Shown: positions 40,904 through 50,347 of the stretch, in pieces | How positions within the stretch are numbered: position 1 is the first letter of the stretch | Layout of the letters: each line of letters opens with the position of its first letter | NCBI GenBank assembly: GCA_964574595.1 | Contig: CAZNOF010000008.1 | Location: 15 to 64,014, forward strand | Length of the DNA stretch: 64,000 bases | Origin: an uncultured Pseudomonadales bacterium | Lineage (GTDB): Bacteria > Patescibacteriota > Microgenomatia > UBA1400 > PJMF01 | Direction: 5' to 3' | Notes under the pieces: generated by a model | Told to the model about the DNA's origin: nothing | What the model saw: the letters and a program-made list of their open reading frames with translations, nothing else | Database searches by the model: none | Translations under genes and position numbers: made by a program

Positions 40904-41854
40904 ATGAAAGATCAACCAATTCTCATTACTGGTGGCACTGGTTTTGCAGGTCAACACTTAATCAAGGCTTTGATTGATGCAGGCTATTCTAATATTCACT
41001 CAACTCATTATGGCCCACAGCCAATTCCAACATTTTCGATTCCTGTTACATTTCACCAACTGAATCTGACTGATCCAGAGGCCACTCAGCAGCTTTTTGC
41101 CGAGCTAAAACCGGCTCAGGTTTATCACTTGGCTTCATTTGCAGCGGTTGGGAAAAGTTTTGAGAGAGCAGCAAGTTTGTTACAAAACAACATCACCCTC
41201 CAGCTGAATGTTCTCAATGCGGCTGTCAAATCGAGCCCGGAAAGTAGGATTTTAATCATTGGCAGTGCTGAAGAGTACGGACGCACAAACTTAAAAGCTG
41301 GTGAATCAATCGATGAGAGCTTCCCGCTGAATCCGGCCGAGCCTTACGGAGTTTCCAAAGTAGCCCAAGATTTACTTGCTCAAACATACTTTTATGCCTT
41401 TAAATTACCAGTGATTCGAGTACGTCCTTTCAATCATATTGGTGAAGGTCAAACGGCCGACTTCGTAGTTGCAGCTTTCGCAAGTCAAATTGCCGCCATT
41501 GAAAAAGGACAACAGACCACTCTAAAAGTTGGTGAATTATCTGCCGTCCGTGATTTCACAGATGTGAAGGACATGGTTAAAGCCTATATTTTGCTGATGG
41601 AAAAAGGTGTGGCCGGTGAAGTCTATAATATCGGAAGTGGCCAAGGTCACTCAGTGCAAGAAGTGCTTGATATCTTGCTTTCTTTATCTGAGAAAGAGAT
41701 CACGGTTGAAACAGATCCTAGCCGAATGCGCCCATCCGATATACCATATTTCACAGCGAATGCCAGTAAAATGATGAAGTTGGGATGGAAACCGCAGATC
41801 CCATTAAAAGAAACATTACAAAGAGTCTTGAATGACTGGAGAAACCGCATATGA
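40904..41854 (+). CDS. NAD-dependent epimerase/dehydratase, probably GDP-4-keto-6-deoxy-D-mannose reductase (Rmd-like)
   Basis: Start moved to ATG 40904 ([19 protein letters not shown]) after RBS GGGAGA. PYGVSK (YxxxK). Immediately upstream of gmd with a 4-bp overlap. Confidence 0.55.
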   Translation: MKDQPILITGGTGFAGQHLIKALIDAGYSNIHSTHYGPQPIPTFSIPVTFHQLNLTDPEATQQLFAELKPAQVYHLASFAAVGKSFERAASLLQNNITLQLNVLNAAVKSSPESRILIIGSAEEYGRTNLKAGESIDESFPLNPAEPYGVSKVAQDLLAQTYFYAFKLPVIRVRPFNHIGEGQTADFVVAAFASQIAAIEKGQQTTLKVGELSAVRDFTDVKDMVKAYILLMEKGVAGEVYNIGSGQGHSVQEVLDILLSLSEKEITVETDPSRMRPSDIPYFTANASKMMKLGWKPQIPLKETLQRVLNDWRNRI

Positions 41855-42828
41855 AAAAAGCATTTATTACAGGTATTACTGGCCAAGATGGATCTTACTT
41901 AGCTGAACTTCTATTAGAAAAAGGCTACAAAGTCTACGGTTTGAATCGCCGCACCAGTACTCAAAATTTTGAGCGCATTCAACACATTATTCACAACCCA
42001 AATATTGAGTTAATTTCTGGTGACTTGCTAGATCAACACTCCTTAACAATTGCTTTAAAAGACATTCAACCAGATGAAATTTATAATTTAGCTGCACAGT
42101 CATTTGTCCAAACAAGTTGGGCTCAACCAGTTTTAACTGGTGAGTTCACAGCTTTGGGTGTGACTCGAGTTTTAGAAGCGATGCGATTTGCCGCTCCAAA
42201 AGCTAAATTCTACCAAGCTAGTTCTTCAGAAATGTTTGGAAAGGTTCAAGAAGTCCCTCAGGTTGAGACGACTCCTTTCTACCCTCGTTCACCATACGGT
42301 GTCGCCAAAGCCTATGGCCACTGGATTACTGTCAACTATCGAGAATCATTTGATTTATTCGCTGTTTCAGGCATGCTCTTTAACCATGAGTCTCCTCGTC
42401 GAGGACTTGAGTTTGTAACTCGAAAGATTGCCAATGCAGTTGCCAGAGTAAAATTAGGTAAACAAGAGTATGTCGAACTAGGCAACCTTGATTCAAAGCG
42501 AGACTGGGGCTACGCAAAAGACTACGTCGAGGCCATGTGGTTAATGCTTCAACAAGATGAACCGGACGATTACGTAATTGCCACAGGCGAGACACACTCC
42601 GTTCAGGAATTCTTGGAATTAAGTTGCAAGGTGGCTGGCATTGCCGATTGGAAAACTGCCTACAAGCATAATCCAAAATTTGACCGCCCAGCCGAAGTTG
42701 ATCTGTTAATTGGAAACCCAGCAAAAGCAAAACAGAAACTTGGTTGGGAACCAAAAGTGGGATTTGCAGAATTAGTCGAGATCATGGTCAAAGCTGAGCT
42801 CGAGTTAGAAAGCAATTCGAATTCATGA
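41851..42828 (+). CDS. gmd: GDP-mannose 4,6-dehydratase
   Basis: [36 protein letters not shown]...YGVAKAY...[11 protein letters not shown] are canonical Gmd motifs. Confidence 0.9.
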   Translation: MKKAFITGITGQDGSYLAELLLEKGYKVYGLNRRTSTQNFERIQHIIHNPNIELISGDLLDQHSLTIALKDIQPDEIYNLAAQSFVQTSWAQPVLTGEFTALGVTRVLEAMRFAAPKAKFYQASSSEMFGKVQEVPQVETTPFYPRSPYGVAKAYGHWITVNYRESFDLFAVSGMLFNHESPRRGLEFVTRKIANAVARVKLGKQEYVELGNLDSKRDWGYAKDYVEAMWLMLQQDEPDDYVIATGETHSVQEFLELSCKVAGIADWKTAYKHNPKFDRPAEVDLLIGNPAKAKQKLGWEPKVGFAELVEIMVKAELELESNSNS

Positions 42829-44000
42829 AAACCGGCATTGTGATTATTCCCACTTATAACGAGCGGGAAAACATTCAAAAAGTCGTCCCTATTTTGGAAG
42901 ACGTTTTTAAAAAGGTCTCTCACTGGAATTTGGGTATTTTGGTTGTCGACGATACCTCTCCTGACAAAACGTATGATGTCGTCGCAGACATGCAGCAGAA
43001 GTACAAAAACCTGCATTTATTCGTGAATAAGAAAAAAAGCGGTTTGGGTGGCGCCTATCTCAAAGGGATGGATGAAGCGTTTCATCGTCTTCATGCGGAT
43101 GTAGTGTTTGAGTTTGATGCCGACCTATCCCATGACCCTCAAAAAATTCCTGATTTCCTTAAGAAAATTGACTTAGGGTATGACATGGTGCTTGGCTCAC
43201 GGTATATTCCCGGCGGAGGGATTCCTCAGGATTGGGGCTGGCACCGAAAACTTCTCAGTGTCTGGGGAAATCTCTTCATTAATATCGTTTTAGCTGACTT
43301 CAGAATCCGAGATTGGACCGGCGGCTACCGAGCCATCACTAAGCCAGTCTATGATGCAGTCATTTCAGAGATGCAATCAGAACGATTTACTGGGTATACT
43401 TTTCAGATAGGGTTTTTGCATAAAGCCGTCAAAAATGGATTTAAGATATCAGAAGTTCCTTTTCACTTCGTGGATCGAACTGTCGGCGAGTCGAAAATGG
43501 GCATGGATTACATCAAAAATAGCTTGATCTTCATCCTAAAGGTTAGGCTAAAGGACATTATGACAAATCGTTTGTTTAAGTTTATTGTGGTCGGCGGAGT
43601 GGGTGCGGCAATTCAATTTATTGCTCTCTTTTTGTTCTCCAAAATTGCTACTTTTTTAATTGCAGATTTCTTTGCCATTGAAATTGCTATTTTGTCAAAC
43701 TTTTTAATCAATAACGCCTGGACCTTTTCTGATCGAAAACTCACCTTGGCTCAATATCCTGTTCAATTCTTTAAATTTAATGTTGCCTCAGCCGGCTCTG
43801 TCATTATTCAACTCATTGTGGCATTTATTGGTAAAACCCTCTTCGGAACTGGCGACTTGTTTATGATCCCAGTCGTTCAAAAAGGATTTAGTTTGAAGTA
43901 CATCTATGCTGGCGTCGGGATTTTACTTGGTATGATCTGGAACTTCTTTGCCTATAACACGTTCATTTGGCGAAAGTCCAAGTCCAAGTCCAAGTCATAA
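42825..44000 (+). CDS. GT2 polyprenyl-phosphate glycosyltransferase (DPM1/ArnC/GtrB-like) fused to a C-terminal GtrA-like 4-TM domain
   Basis: [13 protein letters not shown]...[10 protein letters not shown]...FDADLSH (GT2-A fold), then [22 protein letters not shown]...[10 protein letters not shown] (GtrA-like). Ends in KSKSKSKS. Confidence 0.75.
   Translation: MKTGIVIIPTYNERENIQKVVPILEDVFKKVSHWNLGILVVDDTSPDKTYDVVADMQQKYKNLHLFVNKKKSGLGGAYLKGMDEAFHRLHADVVFEFDADLSHDPQKIPDFLKKIDLGYDMVLGSRYIPGGGIPQDWGWHRKLLSVWGNLFINIVLADFRIRDWTGGYRAITKPVYDAVISEMQSERFTGYTFQIGFLHKAVKNGFKISEVPFHFVDRTVGESKMGMDYIKNSLIFILKVRLKDIMTNRLFKFIVVGGVGAAIQFIALFLFSKIATFLIADFFAIEIAILSNFLINNAWTFSDRKLTLAQYPVQFFKFNVASAGSVIIQLIVAFIGKTLFGTGDLFMIPVVQKGFSLKYIYAGVGILLGMIWNFFAYNTFIWRKSKSKSKS
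43974..43997 (+). repeat. hexanucleotide tandem repeat (aagtcc)x3 plus aagtca, encoding a C-terminal KSKSKSKS tail
   Basis: Read directly from the sequence at the 3' end of CDS 42825-44000. Confidence 0.9.
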
Positions 44001-44003
44001 ACT

Positions 44004-45539
44004 ATGCGATCTTTGAAACAATTTTTGAAGAACATTCCCTGGACACAAGTGATTATCATTCTGTGCTTGAGTTTAGGCGCATTTTTGAGGTTGTGGAACT
44101 TTCCAAACAATTTGCAATTCTTAGGTGATCAGGGCCGAGATGCCATTATTGCCAAACGCATTCTAATTGATCATGATCCAGCCCTCATTGGGCCTGTCAC
44201 TAGCACGGGCAACATGTATCTTGGACCGTTTTATTACTACTTTATGGTGCCATTCCTGGCGCTCAGCTACCCAAGTCCGATTGGACCAGCTTATGCCGTT
44301 GCCATCTTCTCAATTATCACCATCGGACTTATTTACTATTTGGGAAGGCAACTCGTTGGTGAGAGACCAGCTCTGATCGCTACGGTACTCGCCGCATTTG
44401 CGAACAGCTTTGTCTACTTTGGCCGATTTAGTTGGAACCCCAATATCTCGCCATTTGTTTCCATTATTTTGGTTTGGGCTACATATAAAGCCTTCTCCAA
44501 AAATCCTTGGTACTGGGCTGTGGTTGGGTTGTGCCTCGCCATTTTGGTGCAACTTCACTACATTACATTACTCTGTATTCCAGCCGCAGGAATTATCTGG
44601 CTGGTCCAGTTGAAGAGATATATTGATTCGGCACGAAACAAAAAACAAACTACATTGCAAAAGGAAAGTAAATCTTTTGCATTCGGAACAGTGTTAGCTA
44701 TCGCTATTTTCTTACTCTCGTTTGCCCCATTAGTCCTTTTCGACTTCCGGCATAATTTTATCAACTCACAATCATTCATTCATTTTGTAACAGCCGATCT
44801 AGGTCCGAACCAAAGCTCGTTAATTGACCGAGCCCGGTTGATTATCACCAGACTGTTTCTAAGAGCAAATCAAACCTTATTTCAAGAATTCATTTGGTCA
44901 AACATTTTTGCTTCTACAGCTGCACTTGTTGCACTTGTCGTGACCCTCTTCAACTTGCTTAAGAAGACAAACCAGTACAAGCCTGGATTACTGATTATTT
45001 TAACTTACATTGGAGTGAGCGTACTTGGTCTAGGCTATTATCGCGGTGCTATTTTCAGCCATTACTTTATCTACCTCTTTCCCTTTTCTATACTGCTTTG
45101 GGGAGTGGTGCTAGATACATGGTTGCGAACAAAAGTTGGGAAAGTGCTTTTCCTTGCTGTCTGCATCACCTTCTTCATTTGGAATTTTAGTGAGTACGCG
45201 ATCTTCAAACCTACTTGGAGCATCGAACAGATTCAGGCAGTCGACAGTACTATCTTGGGTCGTTTACACGACAAGGATAAATACAATATAATCCTTTTAT
45301 CCGGCACAGGAGACATTGAAGGACAGAACTATCGATACTTTTTGGACGTCAGCTCTCATCCTCCACTAGCGCAAGCTGATTGGGGAACAGTCGATACTCT
45401 TTTTATTATTAATGAAGATCACAAACTTAAAAATGTCGTGGATTCTCCAATCTACGAAATTGTGGTCTTTCCAAACAAGAGTCCTGCTCAAGTGTATACC
45501 GTGCCAGGTGGACCAGAAATTACTGTCCTCAGGAGATAG
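44004..45539 (+). CDS. polytopic membrane protein, paralog family A (putative GT-C glycosyltransferase)
   Basis: FLRLWNFPNNLQFLGDQGRDAIIAKRIL...GPVTSTGNMYLGPFYYYFMVPFLALSYPSPIGPAY; 511 aa. Confidence 0.55.
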   Translation: MRSLKQFLKNIPWTQVIIILCLSLGAFLRLWNFPNNLQFLGDQGRDAIIAKRILIDHDPALIGPVTSTGNMYLGPFYYYFMVPFLALSYPSPIGPAYAVAIFSIITIGLIYYLGRQLVGERPALIATVLAAFANSFVYFGRFSWNPNISPFVSIILVWATYKAFSKNPWYWAVVGLCLAILVQLHYITLLCIPAAGIIWLVQLKRYIDSARNKKQTTLQKESKSFAFGTVLAIAIFLLSFAPLVLFDFRHNFINSQSFIHFVTADLGPNQSSLIDRARLIITRLFLRANQTLFQEFIWSNIFASTAALVALVVTLFNLLKKTNQYKPGLLIILTYIGVSVLGLGYYRGAIFSHYFIYLFPFSILLWGVVLDTWLRTKVGKVLFLAVCITFFIWNFSEYAIFKPTWSIEQIQAVDSTILGRLHDKDKYNIILLSGTGDIEGQNYRYFLDVSSHPPLAQADWGTVDTLFIINEDHKLKNVVDSPIYEIVVFPNKSPAQVYTVPGGPEITVLRR

Positions 45540-45542
45540 TTT

Positions 45543-46310
45543 ATGAAGCCGTTTTTATCAGTGATCATTCCATCCTACAATGAAATGAAGAACGTGAAAC
45601 GCGGTGTCTTGGACACTGTCATCGAATATTTAGGCAAACAAAAATATGCCTGGGAGTTAATTCTGACCGATGATGGATCTACTGACGGCACCGCTGAGTA
45701 CTTAGCTGACTTTGCTGCAAAACATCAAAAGCAGTTCCCGAAGCAAATTACCTATTTGAAAAATATCCATGCTGGCAAAGGTCCAACCGTCCAAGCAGGC
45801 ATGCTGGAAGCTAAAGGTGACTGGAGATTGTTTACGGACTTCGATCAATCGACTCCAGTAAAAGAGGTAGAAGAACTCCTAGCCTACAAAGACGGTTTTC
45901 AAGTGGTGATTGGATCAAGAGAGATTGCGGGAGCCAAGAGGAATCGTGAGCCACTCCATCGTCACATCATGGGAAAAGCCTTCAATATTTTTACACAAGT
46001 TTTGGCAATTCCCGGTATTCAAGATACTCAATGTGGCTTCAAACTTTTTTCTGCCGAAGCAACACAGGCAATTTTTTCCAAACTGCATGTCTATGGTAGA
46101 CAAGCTGCTCGAAAGGATGCGTTTACGGGCGCCTTTGACGTTGAGGCATTATTTTTGGCTAGAAAACTCGGCTATAAAATCAAAGAGGTCCCAATATTCT
46201 GGCAGCACAATGAAACTGACCGTGTGAATCCAATTAAAGATTCTAGTAGAATGGTAAGAGATATACTGTATGTCCGTTTAGCGGATTTACAGGGAAAATA
46301 CTCTAAATGA
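45543..46310 (+). CDS. GT2 polyprenyl-phosphate glycosyltransferase-like (DPM1/ArnC-like), soluble
   Basis: LSVIIPSYNEMKNV...LTDDGSTDGT...TDFDQS, then QCGFKLF motif typical of Dpm1-type enzymes; 255 aa. Confidence 0.7.
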   Translation: MKPFLSVIIPSYNEMKNVKRGVLDTVIEYLGKQKYAWELILTDDGSTDGTAEYLADFAAKHQKQFPKQITYLKNIHAGKGPTVQAGMLEAKGDWRLFTDFDQSTPVKEVEELLAYKDGFQVVIGSREIAGAKRNREPLHRHIMGKAFNIFTQVLAIPGIQDTQCGFKLFSAEATQAIFSKLHVYGRQAARKDAFTGAFDVEALFLARKLGYKIKEVPIFWQHNETDRVNPIKDSSRMVRDILYVRLADLQGKYSK

Positions 46311-47551
46311 AAAAGCTGATTGGGGCATCATACTTTTTAGTTATTTGTGCCTATGCCATTTTCTCCTTTTCATTGACCGATCCCAATCTAGTTCTGACAA
46401 CGTGGCATCCTTACTGGGTGTTTCAACAATGGATGTGGCAAACTTTTTTCAGCAATGCCCCATTGTTAAGCGAAGTCTATACTCTTCTGATCACTGCCAT
46501 GTTCGCTTGTTACTTTGGTTTCATGTATTTAGCATCTCGAGTTACCAAAAAAACAGATCTGAAACGAAGTCGGTGGTGGTTAATTTTACTCATCGCCTTG
46601 CCGCTCTTTTTCTCATACAACGCACTCTCTCATGATATTTTTAATTACATTTTCAATGCCAAAATGGTGTTGGTATATCATGGGAATCCTCAGCAACAGA
46701 TCGCTCTCGACTTTCCGCAAGACTCTTGGGTACGCTTCATGCACAATACAAATACACCCGCACCCTATGGCTATGGATGGATTGGGATTTCTTTGATCCC
46801 TTCAGCATTAGGTTTTGGCAAGTTTACCATCACCTGGCTCTTATTCAGGCTCTTCAGCGTAATTAGTATCTGCTTTTTGATACTTTCTTCAATCGCGCTC
46901 ACTCGCATAGATCTTCATAAAGAGAAGGTCGTTTGGACTGGTATTCTATCCGTGATTCTCAATCCACTTTTCTTAATTGAAGTGATTAGTAATAGCCATA
47001 ATGATGTTTGGATGATGGCTCCCGCACTATTAAGTTTTGCGGTGCTTCACAACACAAAAAGGCCACACCTCCTGAGATGGGTCTTTTCTACGCTCTTATT
47101 ATTCTTCTCTATCTCCATCAAATTAAGCACCGTTGTTCTGATTCCTGTCTGGATTGCTATTTTTATTGAACAAGGCTTGTCACAGTATCGTTTGCCCAGA
47201 ATAATTAGAGTAGCTACTTCATTTATCCATCAGCACTACGCTGACGTTTCGGCGCTACTTCTGTTCATTCCGCTTTTGACACCGCGCTCACAACTCTTCA
47301 ATTCTTGGTATTTGATCTGGCTACTTGTCTGGATTCCATTTATGCGCTGGCAGTGGTTACGATCAGCCGTACTCGTCCTTTCCTTAAGCTCACTGCTTCG
47401 GTACCTTCCGTGGTTACTTGCGGGCGGATTCTCTGATCAAATTGTTTTGGAACAACGACTCATTACCTTTGTGCCCCTAGTTGTTTTTCTGATCTACACG
47501 CTGCTTCAGAAGCTGCTGACTCGATCTTTTGCAAATTCCAGCGTACAATAA
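46307..47551 (+). CDS. polytopic membrane protein of unknown family (putative GT-C-type)
   Basis: 414 aa, about 11 TM helices. Loop motif ALSHDIFNYIFNAKMVLVYHGNP. 4-bp overlap with the upstream GT2. Confidence 0.4.
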   Translation: MKKLIGASYFLVICAYAIFSFSLTDPNLVLTTWHPYWVFQQWMWQTFFSNAPLLSEVYTLLITAMFACYFGFMYLASRVTKKTDLKRSRWWLILLIALPLFFSYNALSHDIFNYIFNAKMVLVYHGNPQQQIALDFPQDSWVRFMHNTNTPAPYGYGWIGISLIPSALGFGKFTITWLLFRLFSVISICFLILSSIALTRIDLHKEKVVWTGILSVILNPLFLIEVISNSHNDVWMMAPALLSFAVLHNTKRPHLLRWVFSTLLLFFSISIKLSTVVLIPVWIAIFIEQGLSQYRLPRIIRVATSFIHQHYADVSALLLFIPLLTPRSQLFNSWYLIWLLVWIPFMRWQWLRSAVLVLSLSSLLRYLPWLLAGGFSDQIVLEQRLITFVPLVVFLIYTLLQKLLTRSFANSSVQ

Positions 47552-47554
47552 ACT

Positions 47555-49108
47555 GTGTTCAAAAAGTATCTCGTACCCATCTCATTGCTTCTGCTCTATC
47601 TCGTAACGCATTTATGGCAGTTAACTTTGTTACCAGTATTTGCTGATGAAAGTATCTATATTCGGTGGGCTCAGTTGGTCATGGATAACTGGCAGCAATA
47701 TGCTTTTTTTCCTCTCAATGATGGCAAAACACCTCTTTTCATCTGGAGTTTAATCCCGTTTCAATCACTATTTGCTGATCAATTATTTGCTGCGAGATTT
47801 GTTGCCGTTCTAGTTGGCTTTCTGCAGCTCTTTGTAGTCAAAGAAATTGTCAAAGAATTAGGAGGGAGAAAAAAAGCTCAGTGGTTGAGCATGTTGTTGG
47901 TGGCAATACTGCCATTTTGGTACATCTATCATCGCTTTGCCTTGATGGACGGGATGATGACATTATTTCTGTCATTGGTCATCTTGACTACACTCAAAAC
48001 TGTTCACATTCAGAAGCCTACATTAGCAAAGTTGATGCCAATGGCGCTATTAAGTGGTCTATTCTTGGGACTTGGAATCTGGACAAAAATACCGGCCGTC
48101 TTTATCGTTCCTGCACTCCCATTTTTTGTATTCTTACCTGAAAAAACAAATCGTCAGAAAGTATTTTTCCAGCAATCAAGTATCGGTCTCAGCGTTTTCA
48201 TCGGCTTGGTGCTTTTCGTTACCTTAAGAATCAGTCCTGCTTTTGGACAGCTTTTTCATCGCAGTTCTGATTTTTCATTTCCAATGGGCGATGTCTTACT
48301 ACATGGTCAGTGGCAACAAACACTCGCCAGTGTACCCACCTACATGAATTACTTCTTCACTTATTTGACCTGGCCAGTTCTTGTGCTGGCTCTAGCTGGC
48401 GTCTTCTCAACCACAAACAGAAGAAAAACCTTCGTTATGCTGGCCGTAGCAGTTGCTTTTTCAGGGTATTTCGTCTTGTTTGGACGAGTAGTCTATTCAA
48501 GATATTTTCTGCCAGTTGCCATACCGTTTACGGTCATGGCGAGTATTAATGCTCAAGCGCTGTTTGATATCTATTTCACCAGACAAAAATCATTACTCAG
48601 AAAATCTTTGGCGGCAGTCATCGTCACTGTTTTCTTGGGTAGCGTTATCTCTATTTCGGCACATACAATTTTTCCGGCATTAACAGATCCATCGACAATT
48701 CCCTTCGTCAGTTCAGATACCGAACAATACTTAACAACCTGGTCATCCGGAATAGGTATTCCAGAGACGGTATCGTATATCCAGGAACAAAGTCAGAACC
48801 ATACCATTGCTGTGGCTACAGAGGGTCGATTTGGAACCCTACCTGATGGTTTGCTGCTGTATTTCCACGATCGAAATGTAAACAATATCTATATTGAAGG
48901 TACCGGCCAATATCCAGTCAAAACGATTCCTGATTTCTTTGCTGAACGAGCCAAGAACTTTGATCAATCAATTCTTGTTGTCAATTCAGATAGAATGCAG
49001 TTACCATTGCTGCCCTCTGCCCTCATTCATCAATACTGTCGCCCATTTCATGCCTCTTGTCTACAAATTTGGGATATTACCTCACAAGTAAAACAACTAG
49101 CCAAGTAA
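47555..49108 (+). CDS. PMT_2/ArnT-like membrane glycosyltransferase (GT39/GT83 superfamily)
   Basis: 517 aa polytopic protein. LPVFADESIYIRWAQLV (DE loop motif). Confidence 0.6.
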   Translation: MFKKYLVPISLLLLYLVTHLWQLTLLPVFADESIYIRWAQLVMDNWQQYAFFPLNDGKTPLFIWSLIPFQSLFADQLFAARFVAVLVGFLQLFVVKEIVKELGGRKKAQWLSMLLVAILPFWYIYHRFALMDGMMTLFLSLVILTTLKTVHIQKPTLAKLMPMALLSGLFLGLGIWTKIPAVFIVPALPFFVFLPEKTNRQKVFFQQSSIGLSVFIGLVLFVTLRISPAFGQLFHRSSDFSFPMGDVLLHGQWQQTLASVPTYMNYFFTYLTWPVLVLALAGVFSTTNRRKTFVMLAVAVAFSGYFVLFGRVVYSRYFLPVAIPFTVMASINAQALFDIYFTRQKSLLRKSLAAVIVTVFLGSVISISAHTIFPALTDPSTIPFVSSDTEQYLTTWSSGIGIPETVSYIQEQSQNHTIAVATEGRFGTLPDGLLLYFHDRNVNNIYIEGTGQYPVKTIPDFFAERAKNFDQSILVVNSDRMQLPLLPSALIHQYCRPFHASCLQIWDITSQVKQLAK

Positions 49109-49110
49109 GC

Positions 49111-49779
49111 CTATCGATCGCTGATCATGTAACCAAATCCGCGAACTGTTTTAATTTGATATCCAGTTTTGCCTAATCTCATTCGAATTCGACGAATATA
49201 GACTGCAATTGTAGAATCTACTGGCATAGACTCTTCCTTCCAGATGTTCTCAATTAATGACTCTTTTGAAATAATTCTATTTTTGTGCCTGATCAGAAAG
49301 CTCAGAATCTCACATTCTTTTTTGCGCAGTTGGACGGTTTCATCTTTGACACACACCGTTCCGCTTTGCGGGAACACACTGACTTGGCCCACATGTAAAG
49401 CAAATGCGTCAATTTGTTTCACTTTCGTCAGCAACTTTTCAATTCGCAACATGAGTTCATCCATTGAGAAGGGCTTAGGTAAGTAGTCATCAGCGCCTTT
49501 TCTCAGTCCTCTGATTCTGTCCTCGGTACTACTCCTTTCAGAAAGAATCAAAAGGGCAATTTCACGATGTGACCAATAGAGATCTTCAGCAATACTAATA
49601 CCGTCTCCATCTGGCAGATTGCGATCAAGAATCACTAAATCATACTTATTTCTATCTAGAAAAGACCTGGCTTGCTCAACAGATCTAGCGACAGACGAAA
49701 AGTAGAGATCTGGAGAAAGCATGGCTGTGATATGCTTGGCGGTACTAATGTTGTCTTCAACAAGTAAAATGTGGTACAT
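49111..49779 (-). CDS. OmpR/PhoB-family response regulator (receiver plus winged-helix); no adjacent histidine kinase
   Basis: MYHILLVEDN...DLVILDRNLPDGDG (phospho-acceptor Asp)...KPF...winged-helix C-terminus with RGFGY. ORF-track start trimmed to MYHILL. Confidence 0.85.
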   Translation of the reverse strand: MYHILLVEDNISTAKHITAMLSPDLYFSSVARSVEQARSFLDRNKYDLVILDRNLPDGDGISIAEDLYWSHREIALLILSERSSTEDRIRGLRKGADDYLPKPFSMDELMLRIEKLLTKVKQIDAFALHVGQVSVFPQSGTVCVKDETVQLRKKECEILSFLIRHKNRIISKESLIENIWKEESMPVDSTIAVYIRRIRMRLGKTGYQIKTVRGFGYMISDR

Positions 49780-49824
49780 GTTTTGTACTATACGTACAAA
49801 AATGAAAAGAAGATGAAACCCTGC

Positions 49825-49830
49825 TATAAT
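49825..49830 (+). promoter_or_regulatory. candidate -10 box (TATAAT) 10 nt upstream of tRNA-Gln
   Basis: Exact TATAAT hexamer; no convincing -35 was found. Confidence 0.3.
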
Positions 49831-49840
49831 ATTCAAGCAT

Positions 49841-49911
49841 TCCCAGGTAGTGCAATGGCAGCACAGCAGGTTCTGACCCTGTTAATCTAGGTTCGAATCC
49901 TAGCCTGGGAT
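49841..49911 (+). tRNA. tRNA-Gln (anticodon CUG), CCA not encoded
   Basis: Manual cloverleaf: acceptor tcccagg/cctggga (U1:A72), U8, D-stem gtgc/gcac with GG loop, anticodon stem gcagg/cctgt with loop ttCTGac, 4-nt variable loop, T-arm ctagg-ttcgaat-cctag, discriminator U. Confidence 0.85.
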
Positions 49912-49993
49912 CACATTTTTCCCCAATAAATTGCTTTTTTTAGTTTCCCCTATAAAATAACCTCAACGGTAACCGAGTTTTTAGGACAGGATC

Positions 49994-50248
49994 ATGATGA
50001 ATCTGGCTGGGACTTCGGTTGTAAATCTGGTTGGGACGACCTTCTGTGATACGGTCTATATTGAAGTCAAAGTTGTCAAAGTCTGGGCAAACCCAGACAC
50101 TGATACGCTGTACATCGAGATAGATCGCCCTTGGTCGAGTTTGACGCCGAGCATTCAGAATGAACTGAATACAGAGGCTGCTAAACTCCTGAAGAGTTGG
50201 CCCGGTTTGACTGCAGATCGCACATACGAAATTCGCGGTATTCAGTGA
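49994..50248 (+). CDS. hypothetical small protein (84 aa), islet gene A
   Basis: ORF preceded by an AGGA RBS and followed by a strong intrinsic terminator. GC about 50% versus about 42% in the flanks. No recognisable motif. Confidence 0.5.
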   Translation: MMNLAGTSVVNLVGTTFCDTVYIEVKVVKVWANPDTDTLYIEIDRPWSSLTPSIQNELNTEAAKLLKSWPGLTADRTYEIRGIQ

Positions 50249-50312
50249 TCGCAGTCATCAATAGATAAGATCTGGGAGATGAAATACTCTCCCAGAACTT
50301 TAAATGAATAGC

Positions 50313-50347
50313 AAAAAGCCGGGCACTATGTCCCGGCTTCTTTTTTA
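50313..50347. terminator. bidirectional rho-independent terminator between convergent islet genes
   Basis: aaaaa-gccgggc-actatg-tcccggc-ttcttttttat: GC stem flanked by an A-run and a T-run. Preceded at 50271-50296 by a perfect 9-bp inverted repeat tctgggaga/tctcccaga. Confidence 0.7.

Noticed and set aside
25870-49836. Long N-terminal extensions in ORF-track calls 25870-26742, 30971-31825, 37406-37990, 40790-41854 and 49111-49836
   Set aside because: Each extension overlaps the upstream gene by 40-130 bp and precedes an internal Met that begins the conserved domain ([44 protein letters not shown]). Starts were moved to those Mets.
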